From a candidate division WOR-3 bacterium (lineage in GTDB: Bacteria; Hydrothermota; Tepidihabitantia; Tepidihabitantales; Tepidihabitantaceae), in NCBI GenBank assembly GCA_965649205.1, contig CBFGJV010000002.1, positions 1-64,000 on the forward strand: a stretch of DNA of 64,000 nt, written 5' to 3'. A program made the position numbers and the translations under genes. Numbering within the stretch: the stretch's first letter is position 1; the number at the start of each line of letters is the position of its first letter. This document shows, piece after piece, positions 28,110 through 36,555 of this stretch. Under the pieces are notes generated by a model that saw nothing but the letters and a program-made list of their open reading frames with translations, did no database searches and had not been told where the DNA came from.

Positions 28110-30341
28110 ATGAAGAGATTGCTAGTAATACTGCCTCTGCTTGCATTGGTTACCCTGGTGCTAGCCCAGACCACGGGCATCACCGGGACTGTAACCGATG
28201 CCAGCACGGGTAAGCCGATACCACGCGCCAAGGTAATGGCTACGAGCGGTGCTATGGCGCAAACAGATAGCCAAGGTTGCTATATACTTCAGCTCAGGCC
28301 AGGTAAGTATGTGGTCACGGCCACGGCGATGGGCTATGTTTCGGCTGTTTACCCAGAGACTGTCGTAGTGGTGCAAGGGCAACTTACTGAGAATATAGAT
28401 TTTGCTTTGCAACCACAAGGCGGTTGTCCTAAGGGCGCTATTGCCGGAAAAGTTACTAATTCCGCTAATGGAACTGTTATCCAAGGCGCAGAGGTTCGTG
28501 CGACGGGCCCAACTGGTAGTTTTCACGTAACCCAAGGCAGTCAGGGTTATAAGATTTCCGACCTGCCTGCTGGTAAGTACTGGGTCAGCGCCGTGGCGCG
28601 TGGCTTTGAGCCGGGTGCCTACCCAGAATCTGTTGTAGTGACCGCTGGTCAGGTGACGGCGGATATCAATTTTTCCCTCCGTCCTGCTGGTGGAAACGAG
28701 CCAGGGGCTATCCGTGGCCGGGTAACAGATGCTAAGACAGGCGAGCCGATTCGCGGAGCCAAGGTGGGAACATATAGGACCTCCACCTTCACTGATTCTC
28801 TTGGCAGGTACATACTGAGGAACTTGGCGCCGGGTAAGTATGTGGTTGTGGCCGGAGCAATGGGCTATCAGATGGAAGTATATCCTGAAACAGTCGTGGT
28901 CAGACCGGGGCAGACCGTAGAGGGAATTGATTTTGAGCTGATGCCGGCTGGTGGTCCTCAATGCGGCGTAATTGCCGGCAAGGTTACGGACGAAAAGAGT
29001 GGTCTTCTTATACCGGGTGCCTTGGTTGTGGCTAGAAATGAGCAGGTTGTTCGCCAGGTTACTCAGTGCCGTGAGGGCTACCGCATTGGTGAATTGCCGC
29101 CAGGAAAGTACTTTGTGGGCGCAATAGCACCAGGATACGAACCAGGGGCTTATCCGGAATCAGTAGTGGTGCTTGCAGGAGAGGTAACAGAAGACGTCAA
29201 CTTCTCTTTGCAGCCTCAGGAAGGAGTCGAGGCTGGTGGCATCTCCGGGCTGGTGACCGATGCAGAAACAGGTAAACCTCTGTTCGGGGCCTATGTGTAC
29301 GCCACAGGACCGACTCCATCTCGTACGAACACTAACGAGGATGGTGAGTATCTGCTCAAACCGCTGCGGCCAGGTACTTATAGAGTGGCCGTAAAAGCTC
29401 GTGGTTACCTGCCAAGTGAGCCGATAACGGTAGAGGTAAAAGCGGGAGAGATAACTACTGATGTGAACTTTGGGCTGAAACCGTTCGTACCGGCCCAGCC
29501 TGGCTACATTTCCGGTACGGTGACGGATGCCAAGTCTGGAGAGCCGATTGTGCGAGCGGTGGTTTTTGCCCGGGGGCCTAACGGTCAGGGAAAAGCCATG
29601 ACAGATTCTTCAGGCAATTACCTGCTGAAACTGCGCCCAGGCAAGTATCTGGTTCGCGCCTGCGGTCGGGGCTACTATCCTGCGTTCTATCCTGACACTG
29701 TGCTGGTGACTGAAAACGAAACTGTGTCCGGAATTGACTTTGAACTTACGCCGGCCGGGTGGCATGGCGGTGGCATCGCCGGTTTCGTCTACGACGGAGA
29801 AACGCAGGTTGAGCTGGCCGGCGCGTTGGTGAGGGCTACTGGGCCCAACGGTAGCTTTACAACGACAGCGAATCAGTATGGTGAATACCTGTTCGATAAT
29901 TTGGAACCCGGCGACTACCGGCTCGAGGTCGTCGTGCAGGGATACAGTCAGGAGCTGTACCCCGAAGTGGTTACAGTCGAGCCAGCAGACATCGCCTCCT
30001 TCGCAAGTCCGGCGGTTTACCCGTTGACTGGCATCGAGGAGTCGTCGCGAGAGCGTCCGGCCAGAACAGCTGGACTGAGTGCCGAGCCCAGCTTGGTGCG
30101 TACTGCCGGTATGGTGAAGTGGCAGGTGCCGGTGGCTGGCAAAGTCACGGTGCGTGTAATAGACAAGACGGGCCGTACGGTGCGTACGCTGCAGAATGGT
30201 TATCAGAATTCTGGACGCTACTCAGCGACATGGGATGGCACCGATGAGCAAGGCAGACGTCTGGCTCCCGGTGTCTACTTCTACCGACTGGATGCTCCCC
30301 AGTGCCAAGACATCCAGAAGGCAGTACTCCTCAGTCGCTAG
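28110..30341 (+). CDS. Secreted protein with 7 tandem carboxypeptidase-regulatory-like domains and FlgD/T9SS-like C-terminal domain
   Basis: AAGGAGG RBS; signal peptide; 7 repeats of G.I.G.V.D...PG.Y.V; C-terminal WDGTD..G..LAPGVYFYRL. Confidence 0.88.
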   Translation: MKRLLVILPLLALVTLVLAQTTGITGTVTDASTGKPIPRAKVMATSGAMAQTDSQGCYILQLRPGKYVVTATAMGYVSAVYPETVVVVQGQLTENIDFALQPQGGCPKGAIAGKVTNSANGTVIQGAEVRATGPTGSFHVTQGSQGYKISDLPAGKYWVSAVARGFEPGAYPESVVVTAGQVTADINFSLRPAGGNEPGAIRGRVTDAKTGEPIRGAKVGTYRTSTFTDSLGRYILRNLAPGKYVVVAGAMGYQMEVYPETVVVRPGQTVEGIDFELMPAGGPQCGVIAGKVTDEKSGLLIPGALVVARNEQVVRQVTQCREGYRIGELPPGKYFVGAIAPGYEPGAYPESVVVLAGEVTEDVNFSLQPQEGVEAGGISGLVTDAETGKPLFGAYVYATGPTPSRTNTNEDGEYLLKPLRPGTYRVAVKARGYLPSEPITVEVKAGEITTDVNFGLKPFVPAQPGYISGTVTDAKSGEPIVRAVVFARGPNGQGKAMTDSSGNYLLKLRPGKYLVRACGRGYYPAFYPDTVLVTENETVSGIDFELTPAGWHGGGIAGFVYDGETQVELAGALVRATGPNGSFTTTANQYGEYLFDNLEPGDYRLEVVVQGYSQELYPEVVTVEPADIASFASPAVYPLTGIEESSRERPARTAGLSAEPSLVRTAGMVKWQVPVAGKVTVRVIDKTGRTVRTLQNGYQNSGRYSATWDGTDEQGRRLAPGVYFYRLDAPQCQDIQKAVLLSR

Positions 30342-30361
30342 GAACGAGAAACTCCGGACTC

Positions 30362-30401
30362 AGGCGGCGCTCGAAAGGCGCCGCCTCTTTATTTCTTTTT
30401 T
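30362..30401 (+). terminator. Rho-independent terminator
   Basis: AGGCGGCGC-TCGAAAG-GCGCCGCCT stem followed by T-rich tract. Confidence 0.8.
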
Positions 30402-30427
30402 GGTTCCATTTTGGCCAGGTGCGTTTT

Positions 30428-30443
30428 GGGCACAATTATTGCA
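30428..30443 (+). promoter_or_regulatory. sigma54 (-24/-12) promoter motif heading the 30.5-37.5 kb operon
   Basis: GGGCACAATTATTGCA: GGCAC...TTGC with exact GG-N10-GC spacing, immediately after the terminator. Confidence 0.6.
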
Positions 30444-30543
30444 TATGAAGTATTGTCTATAAACGAGAGCTAAATTAAGTGTCTCTGAGACTGGTAGCTA
30501 ACGGCTGAGTTTTATAAGATAAAAAAAGAGAGGACAAACCGTA

Positions 30544-31521
30544 ATGAAAAGATTGTTATTGATTACGCTTGTATTCGCGTTGGCTCTTGGCCAGACGGAA
30601 CGCTGGGTATATCGCTACAACGGAACGGGCAACTTCTGGGATGAAGCCTACCAAATATGTGTTGGTCCAGACGGCAACATTTATGTGGCAGGATACGGAT
30701 CCGGAAGTGGCACAGGCTATGATTTCATAGTAGTAAGTCTCACGCCCTCAGGTGGGCAAAGATGGGTCTATCGCTACAACGGCCCGGGAGATTCCACTGA
30801 TTGTGCGACATCTATTGTGTGCGGCGGGGATGGAAACATCTACGCGGGCGGATACAGTTATGCGCGGACCACCGGTTTTGATTTCACGGTGATAAGTCTT
30901 ACTCCAGGCGGCAGTCAGCGCTGGGTGTATCGCTACTCCGGGTCGCAGGATTCGACGGACTGTGCCTATTCTGTCGCCTGGGGTGCGGACGGAAACGTAT
31001 ATGCGGCCGGGTTTCTTTATCGAGCCGGAGCCGGGCGTGACTTCGCGGTTATCAGTTTGACCGCTGCCGGAGTGGAACGCTGGGTTTATCGTTATAACGG
31101 ACCAGCCGGAAGAACCGACTGCGCTTATGCAGTTGCCTGCGGTCCGGACAATAACATCTACGCGGCAGGAACCAGCTTTGGCTCTGGCACCTACGGAGAT
31201 TTCACCGTAATCAGTCTTGCATCACCGCCAGGCGTGGCCGAAAACAAACCTGTGCTGGAGAAACCGGCAGAGTGGTTTGAGGCAAAGGTCCGAGACCGCC
31301 TACTGCAATACTCGTTCAGACTTAAACAAGAAATGGTTGTGACGCTTTCTCTTTACGACCTGCAGGGAAGAGAAGTAGCTACGTGGCAGGTCAACGCCCC
31401 TGCAGGTGACTCAAGACACGCGCAGAACGTGGAACAACTGCCTCCCGGAGCCTACTTTCTGCGCGCGGCAGTTTCCGGTAGAGAAGGAGTTGCCACGCGT
31501 AAACTTATCGCTGTCAAATGA
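30544..31521 (+). CDS. Secreted beta-propeller-repeat (SBBP-like) protein with T9SS-type C-terminal domain
   Basis: Signal peptide; four ~51-aa repeats RWVYRY.G...D.N.Y..G...DF.V.SL; C-terminal YDLQGR...PGAYFLR...TRKL. Confidence 0.85.
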   Translation: MKRLLLITLVFALALGQTERWVYRYNGTGNFWDEAYQICVGPDGNIYVAGYGSGSGTGYDFIVVSLTPSGGQRWVYRYNGPGDSTDCATSIVCGGDGNIYAGGYSYARTTGFDFTVISLTPGGSQRWVYRYSGSQDSTDCAYSVAWGADGNVYAAGFLYRAGAGRDFAVISLTAAGVERWVYRYNGPAGRTDCAYAVACGPDNNIYAAGTSFGSGTYGDFTVISLASPPGVAENKPVLEKPAEWFEAKVRDRLLQYSFRLKQEMVVTLSLYDLQGREVATWQVNAPAGDSRHAQNVEQLPPGAYFLRAAVSGREGVATRKLIAVK

Positions 31522-32330
31522 ACGATAGGAACAAAGAACAGTGGAAAGTATTTATAAAGCATTCAATCTCAGGAGGTGGCTCATTAGATATATATACATT
31601 GATACAACTCATGGCCGTGCTTATGGGTCTTGGATTTGTTTGGCCTGCCCGGGTCCAGGCAGGCGGGGCCGGCTTGGTTGCTTCGCTCAGCACGAAAATT
31701 ATCACCGCCGATTCCGGTAAACTCTTGCTAGAAGTAAGCGGAATCGCCCCGGACACGACAGACTGGTTGGGTATTTCCTTCTATTTGCCTGGGTATACCA
31801 ACCCGACCTGGCAGGCTGAGCATGCAGTGTATCCTGTTAAGAAGGGGCAATTCAAAAACTCCTATCCTGTACCGGCCGGGTATGAAAAAGGGTCTTATGA
31901 AGTTGCACTCTGGAAGGAGAAACTTGCAGAAAAATGGTTCTACCTGCCAGCAGGGATGCGTGGGTACGGCACCGGCTGGTTAAAGACCGGCGCCGTGAAG
32001 ATAACTCTCGCCGACACGATAGCGCCACTCAAAACTGAAATAGTAACGGTGAACGGTTCGAAGATGCTTAAAATCAGTGGCAACGCACCGGACAAAGTTA
32101 ACTGGCTAGGCATTTCTTTCTACAAGGAGAAATACGTTGATGCGGTGCTGGACGGCGAGTACCAGATGCTTTCCCTCCCCCGCGGCAGGTTTTCGCAGAC
32201 CATTCCCATACCTAAGGGTTACGAAACCGGCTCCTACGAAGTTGCGGTGTGGCAGAAGGTTATTTCCCGGAAGCGGGTATTCCGGCTGGGTACTCAGCTG
32301 GCATACAAAGAAGGCAAGATTGGAGAGTAA
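31518..32330 (+). CDS. Secreted hypothetical protein with a tandemly duplicated ~110-aa domain
   Basis: Signal-like segment ending VQA; two copies of SG.APD...WLGISFY...P.GYE.GSYEVA.W. True start may be downstream (about 31589-31611). Confidence 0.75.
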   Translation: MNDRNKEQWKVFIKHSISGGGSLDIYTLIQLMAVLMGLGFVWPARVQAGGAGLVASLSTKIITADSGKLLLEVSGIAPDTTDWLGISFYLPGYTNPTWQAEHAVYPVKKGQFKNSYPVPAGYEKGSYEVALWKEKLAEKWFYLPAGMRGYGTGWLKTGAVKITLADTIAPLKTEIVTVNGSKMLKISGNAPDKVNWLGISFYKEKYVDAVLDGEYQMLSLPRGRFSQTIPIPKGYETGSYEVAVWQKVISRKRVFRLGTQLAYKEGKIGE

Positions 32331-32333
32331 AAC

Positions 32334-32591
32334 GTGGCACAGAGACAATCAAAATTGAAGAGTTTGTATTTGTCCGATAGTGGTTTCTTGTTCGATCCCT
32401 ACACCGGTCTGACCTATGGTTTGAACGAGACCGGGGCGACCATTCTGCGGTGGTTGCGTGAGGGACTGGACAAGAGTTCGGTTGCGAAGAAGTTGACCGA
32501 AGAGTTCGACGTACCGCTAGAAACCGCCCAAGCGGATGTTGAGGAGTTCTACGACCGGTTACAGCAACAGGGGCTGCTATGGACAAGATAG
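32334..32591 (+). CDS. Stand-alone PqqD-family / RiPP recognition element (RRE) protein
   Basis: 85 aa; GFLFDP.TG..Y.LNETG..I...L.EEFDV..E.A..DV.EF...L...GLL is the PqqD winged-helix signature. Confidence 0.85.
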   Translation: MAQRQSKLKSLYLSDSGFLFDPYTGLTYGLNETGATILRWLREGLDKSSVAKKLTEEFDVPLETAQADVEEFYDRLQQQGLLWTR

Positions 32592-33631
32592 ATTTTGCCG
32601 TTACTGGTCTGCACGCAACGGACAATCCTGCTCCGGGGATAGCGGTAATACGTGCGATTCGTTCAGCGCCGCAGTGGCAGGGTAAGGTCGTGGGCTTGGC
32701 ATATGATGCATTGGACACAGGTATTTACGACCCGGAGTTATGCGACCGGGTTTTCTTGATTCCTTATGCGACCGAGGGTGAACGAGCACTTCTGGCCCGG
32801 TTGGAATACATCTATAGCGTTCAGCCGTTCTCGGTCTTGATCCCGACGCTCGATGCTGAACTCACCGGTTTCATCCGTCTGCGGCACGAACTTGAGCCTA
32901 TGGGCATTCGCATGCTCCTGCCTACTGAGGAACAACTGGGTCTGCGGTCCAAGCAGAGGCTGGGCGATTTTGCCCACAGTCACGGTATACCCTTTCTCGC
33001 GACGCTTACTGTTACCACGCCGGAGATGCTCGCTGACGCGATGGAAAAACTCGGCACGCCAGTAGTAGTGAAGGGTTGTTTCTACGAGGCGCAGGTGTGC
33101 TATACGTTTGAACACGCCCAGACCGCATTTGCTTCTATTGCCGCCCGCTGGGGCCTGCCGGCGCTGTGCCAGGCTCACTTGTCCGGGGAGGAGTATGACG
33201 TATGCGCGCTCGGTGACAAGAAAGGAAAATTAAACGGAGCTGTGGCGATGCGTAAACTAAGACTCACCGACAAGGGCAAGGCTTGGGCAGGAATAACTGT
33301 GTGCGACGAAGAACTGCTTGACTTGACCCGAACAGTGGTTGAGGGACTCAACTGGACTGGGCCGATGGAGATTGAGTTCATTCGCTCCACTGCCGATGGC
33401 CGATTCCACCTGTTTGAGATTAACCCGCGATTTCCGGCTTGGTGTTACCTCACTGCGGGTGCGGGGCTCAATCTGCCTTACCGCTATCTCCAGCTGGCTC
33501 AGGACCGTGAGGTTCAACCCTCATTGGAGTATCGGCCCGGCACTATATTCGTCCGACACGCAACCGATATAATATGTCCGCTCGACATTCTGGAATCTTT
33601 GACTACTAAAGGCGAGGTGAAACGTGGCTAG
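32579..33631 (+). CDS. ATP-grasp ligase (carboxylate-amine ligase type)
   Basis: LIPTLDAEL, PVVVKG, Q.HL.GEEY and FEINPRF motifs; overlaps the RRE gene. Confidence 0.88.
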   Translation: MDKIDFAVTGLHATDNPAPGIAVIRAIRSAPQWQGKVVGLAYDALDTGIYDPELCDRVFLIPYATEGERALLARLEYIYSVQPFSVLIPTLDAELTGFIRLRHELEPMGIRMLLPTEEQLGLRSKQRLGDFAHSHGIPFLATLTVTTPEMLADAMEKLGTPVVVKGCFYEAQVCYTFEHAQTAFASIAARWGLPALCQAHLSGEEYDVCALGDKKGKLNGAVAMRKLRLTDKGKAWAGITVCDEELLDLTRTVVEGLNWTGPMEIEFIRSTADGRFHLFEINPRFPAWCYLTAGAGLNLPYRYLQLAQDREVQPSLEYRPGTIFVRHATDIICPLDILESLTTKGEVKRG

Positions 33632-35003
33632 ACAGCAGGAAAAAGTCAGAAAGACTTACAGCAAACCCTCCATTGCGCGGCACACGGTCAGTCTGATGGG
33701 CAAGCCGGGAATGGGCAAGCCTGGACGGGTTCCCGGCATTTCCACCGTAAAGCAGTTTGAGGGCCACCAGGTAGCGGAACTGGTTACCAAGTTTGGCTCA
33801 CCACTCTTTGTGGGTTCAGAACGGATACTGCGCGAACGGTATCAGAAACTGTATCGGGCGTTCTCAACCAGATATCCCAATTTTCAAGTAGCCTGGTCAT
33901 ATAAGACCAATTACCTGAAGGCAGTATGCAGTCTGTACCACAAACTGGGCGCCTGGGCCGAGGTAGTTTCCGGATTTGAGTACGAGTTGGCTCGTCGATT
34001 GGGTCGTCCTGGGCCGGAGATAATCTTCAACGGTCCGTATAAGGACGAGGCTGAACTGGAGCGGGCATTCCGGGACGGCGCCTTAGTGCACGCCGACAAT
34101 CACGATGAGTTGAGTCGTATGGAGATGGTGGCGGGTCGCACAGGTATGGAGCCCCAGATTGGGATTCGGGTTAATCTAGACTGCGGCATGTATCCACCTT
34201 GGAGCCGGTTCGGCTTCAATCTGGAATCTGGCGAGGCGTTCCAAGCCGCGCGCCGTATCAAAAATTCACCCCGGCTGAAACTGGTCGGTTTGCACTGTCA
34301 CATCGGCACGTTCATCCTTGATCCCGAGCTGTATCGCCGGGCCAGCGCTAAACTTGCTAATTTTGCCCGCGCCCTTGAAGCTGAATTGGGAATAGAGGTA
34401 AAATATCTAGACCTCGGCGGCGGGTTCTGCTCCGAGAATACGTTGCACACCCAGTGGTTGCCGGGCACTCAGGCCAATCCGACTATTGACCAGTTTGCTG
34501 AGGCAGTGACCGGTCCCTTGATGGAAATTGACTACCCTCCCGACAAGAGGCCATTGCTTATCACCGAGCCGGGCCGGGCGCTGGTGGACGATGGATTTGT
34601 CCTTATTTCTACTGTCGTAGCAGGGAGGCGCATGCCCGACGGCAGACCCAGTATTGTGATTGACGCAGGCGTGAACATCCTATTTACCTCTTTCTGGTAT
34701 AAGCATGAGGTAGCACCGGACAGCGACAGTAGTTTCATTTCCGAATTGACTGCAGTGTACGGGCCGCTGTGTATGAACATTGACCTGGTTCATCCCGCAG
34801 CCCTTCTGCCTCCTCTTTCTTTGGGAACGCACCTGGTGTTTCGGCATGTTGGCGCGTACAATATGACCCAGTGGATGCAGTTTATTCGGCTGCGACCCGC
34901 GGTAGTGATGGTGATGCAGGACGGCTCGGTTGAGATACTGCGCGAGGCTGAGACCGTCGACTACGTACAGGAACTGGAGCGCGTTCCGGAATTACTCCGG
35001 TGA
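33624..35003 (+). CDS. Fold-type-III PLP-dependent decarboxylase (LysA/ODC/BtrK family) with N-terminal extension
   Basis: GSPLFV, WSYKTN (PLP Lys), FNGPYK, SRFG, HCHIGT, DLGGG, EPGR, GPLCMNID and GAY motifs. Confidence 0.9.
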   Translation: MARQQEKVRKTYSKPSIARHTVSLMGKPGMGKPGRVPGISTVKQFEGHQVAELVTKFGSPLFVGSERILRERYQKLYRAFSTRYPNFQVAWSYKTNYLKAVCSLYHKLGAWAEVVSGFEYELARRLGRPGPEIIFNGPYKDEAELERAFRDGALVHADNHDELSRMEMVAGRTGMEPQIGIRVNLDCGMYPPWSRFGFNLESGEAFQAARRIKNSPRLKLVGLHCHIGTFILDPELYRRASAKLANFARALEAELGIEVKYLDLGGGFCSENTLHTQWLPGTQANPTIDQFAEAVTGPLMEIDYPPDKRPLLITEPGRALVDDGFVLISTVVAGRRMPDGRPSIVIDAGVNILFTSFWYKHEVAPDSDSSFISELTAVYGPLCMNIDLVHPAALLPPLSLGTHLVFRHVGAYNMTQWMQFIRLRPAVVMVMQDGSVEILREAETVDYVQELERVPELLR

Positions 35004-35016
35004 TGCCGTAGTGTCA

Positions 35017-36555
35017 ATGGCGTTGGCGGAAGTATTCCGGCTTGGCCGGCGTCTAGTTCGGGTCACGCTTGTCTCTTACGCCCAAGTACTCTTCTCCAGC
35101 CGGCCCGCTGCGGGGTGTTTCTTTCTTGCCGCTTCTTTTGTCTTTGACCCTTTGGTCGGTGCAACAGGACTGGTAGCAGCCATTTCCGCAAATTTGGCCG
35201 GGCTTGGGCTCTGGCATGACCGGGTTCGCTGGGAACTGGGCCTGGCCGGGTACAACGGGGTTTTACTGGGATTAGCCCTGGGCTTACTTTTGCCGCACAG
35301 CCGCCTCGTGTTTCTTCTGGCAGTTGTCGGCGGAGTAGTCTCTGCCGTGGCCACCGAGAGGCTGTATCATAGCCTCCGGCGCTGGAACTTGCCCGTGCTG
35401 GGCCTGCCTTTTCTTTTCTTTGCGTGGCTGATGTTCGCCGCTGTGCCCGATGGCGCCGTCCCTCGTTCACCCTTGCTTGACCTGCCAGTACCTGGCATCG
35501 CGGCCGAAACACTCAAGGCGTTCGGCGCAACATTTTTTTCTCCTGGTGTTCTGTCCGGCGCTCTCGTTCTGGCTGGCTTGTTTATTGCTTCGCGCATCAG
35601 CTCCGCTGCCGGATTGGCCGGTGCCCTGCTGGCTGTGGTCGTGGGCCTGTTTCGGCCCTCATCCGTGACGTTGTCTCTGAATTTGATAATAACTTCGGTT
35701 GGCCTATCCTTCTTCCTTGCGCCACGCTTGCGGGCCATATGGCAGGTACTTATGGGAATGTTTCTAACACTTGGACTGGTGCTGGTGATGGAACCCGCGG
35801 CTAGAGCAGTACGCTTGCCTTTACTGATATTACCTCTCACTTGTACCCTGTTTCTGTTTCTGCTCCTTGGCCGATGGCCACGCTCGGGCGTGAGGTTAGT
35901 ACCTATCCGATTACTCAGCAATCCGGAGGAACATCTACGCATCTACCGGAATTACGTTCCCGTAGCTCTTCGCCTTCCTTTTTGGGGCACCTGGTATGTG
36001 AGTCAGGGCATACGTGGTAAAGAGACACACAAAGGCCGATTGGCTTATGCGTGGGACTTCCAGGTGCAGGATGAACGCGGCCGTACCTTTCAGACTCCCG
36101 GGTATAGACTGAGCGATTATTACGCATTTGGGCTTCCGGTGTGCGCGCCGGCTCCGGGTCGGGTGGTAGCCGTAGAAAATGAAATACCGGACAATCCGCC
36201 TGGCAAATTAAACAAAGAGAAAAATTGGGGCAACTACGTAGTGATAGAACACAACGCTGTGGAGTATTCAATTCTTGCTCACCTGCAACAGGGGTCGGTA
36301 AAGGTGAAGAAGGGCGACAAAGTGGCCGCGGGCACGGTTATCGGACTGTGCGGCAACTCCGGATATTCCGGCCAGCCGCACTTACACTACCAACTGCAGG
36401 ACGGCCCAATACCAGGTAGTGATACGTTGGCGACGGAATTTCACAATTACTTGGTGCTGGAACGCGGGCAAGAACGTTTCGTGCCCCGCGGCCGGACGCG
36501 AGAGGGAGAAGTGGTTAGGCCAGCATCGCCTTCTGAAATGCGAGCCGCGTTATGA
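35017..36555 (+). CDS. Urea-transporter-like membrane domain fused to M23 metallopeptidase
   Basis: SYAQVLF and GLAGYNGVLLG (UT family) with about 10 TMs; C-terminal TH...AWDF, GNYVVIEH, AHL and GNSGYS..PHLH (M23). Confidence 0.82.
   Translation: MALAEVFRLGRRLVRVTLVSYAQVLFSSRPAAGCFFLAASFVFDPLVGATGLVAAISANLAGLGLWHDRVRWELGLAGYNGVLLGLALGLLLPHSRLVFLLAVVGGVVSAVATERLYHSLRRWNLPVLGLPFLFFAWLMFAAVPDGAVPRSPLLDLPVPGIAAETLKAFGATFFSPGVLSGALVLAGLFIASRISSAAGLAGALLAVVVGLFRPSSVTLSLNLIITSVGLSFFLAPRLRAIWQVLMGMFLTLGLVLVMEPAARAVRLPLLILPLTCTLFLFLLLGRWPRSGVRLVPIRLLSNPEEHLRIYRNYVPVALRLPFWGTWYVSQGIRGKETHKGRLAYAWDFQVQDERGRTFQTPGYRLSDYYAFGLPVCAPAPGRVVAVENEIPDNPPGKLNKEKNWGNYVVIEHNAVEYSILAHLQQGSVKVKKGDKVAAGTVIGLCGNSGYSGQPHLHYQLQDGPIPGSDTLATEFHNYLVLERGQERFVPRGRTREGEVVRPASPSEMRAAL

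Noticed and set aside
28170..30030. Repeats considered as a CRISPR array or DNA repeat element
   Set aside because: They are degenerate in-frame protein domain repeats, not identical repeats with unique spacers
32334..32591. PQQ or lasso-peptide biosynthesis
   Set aside because: No pqqA/B/C/E, lasso cyclase or B2 peptidase in the window
33624..35003. Calling the decarboxylase lysA
   Set aside because: Family motifs fit, but the operon context and N-terminal extension argue against assuming the housekeeping function
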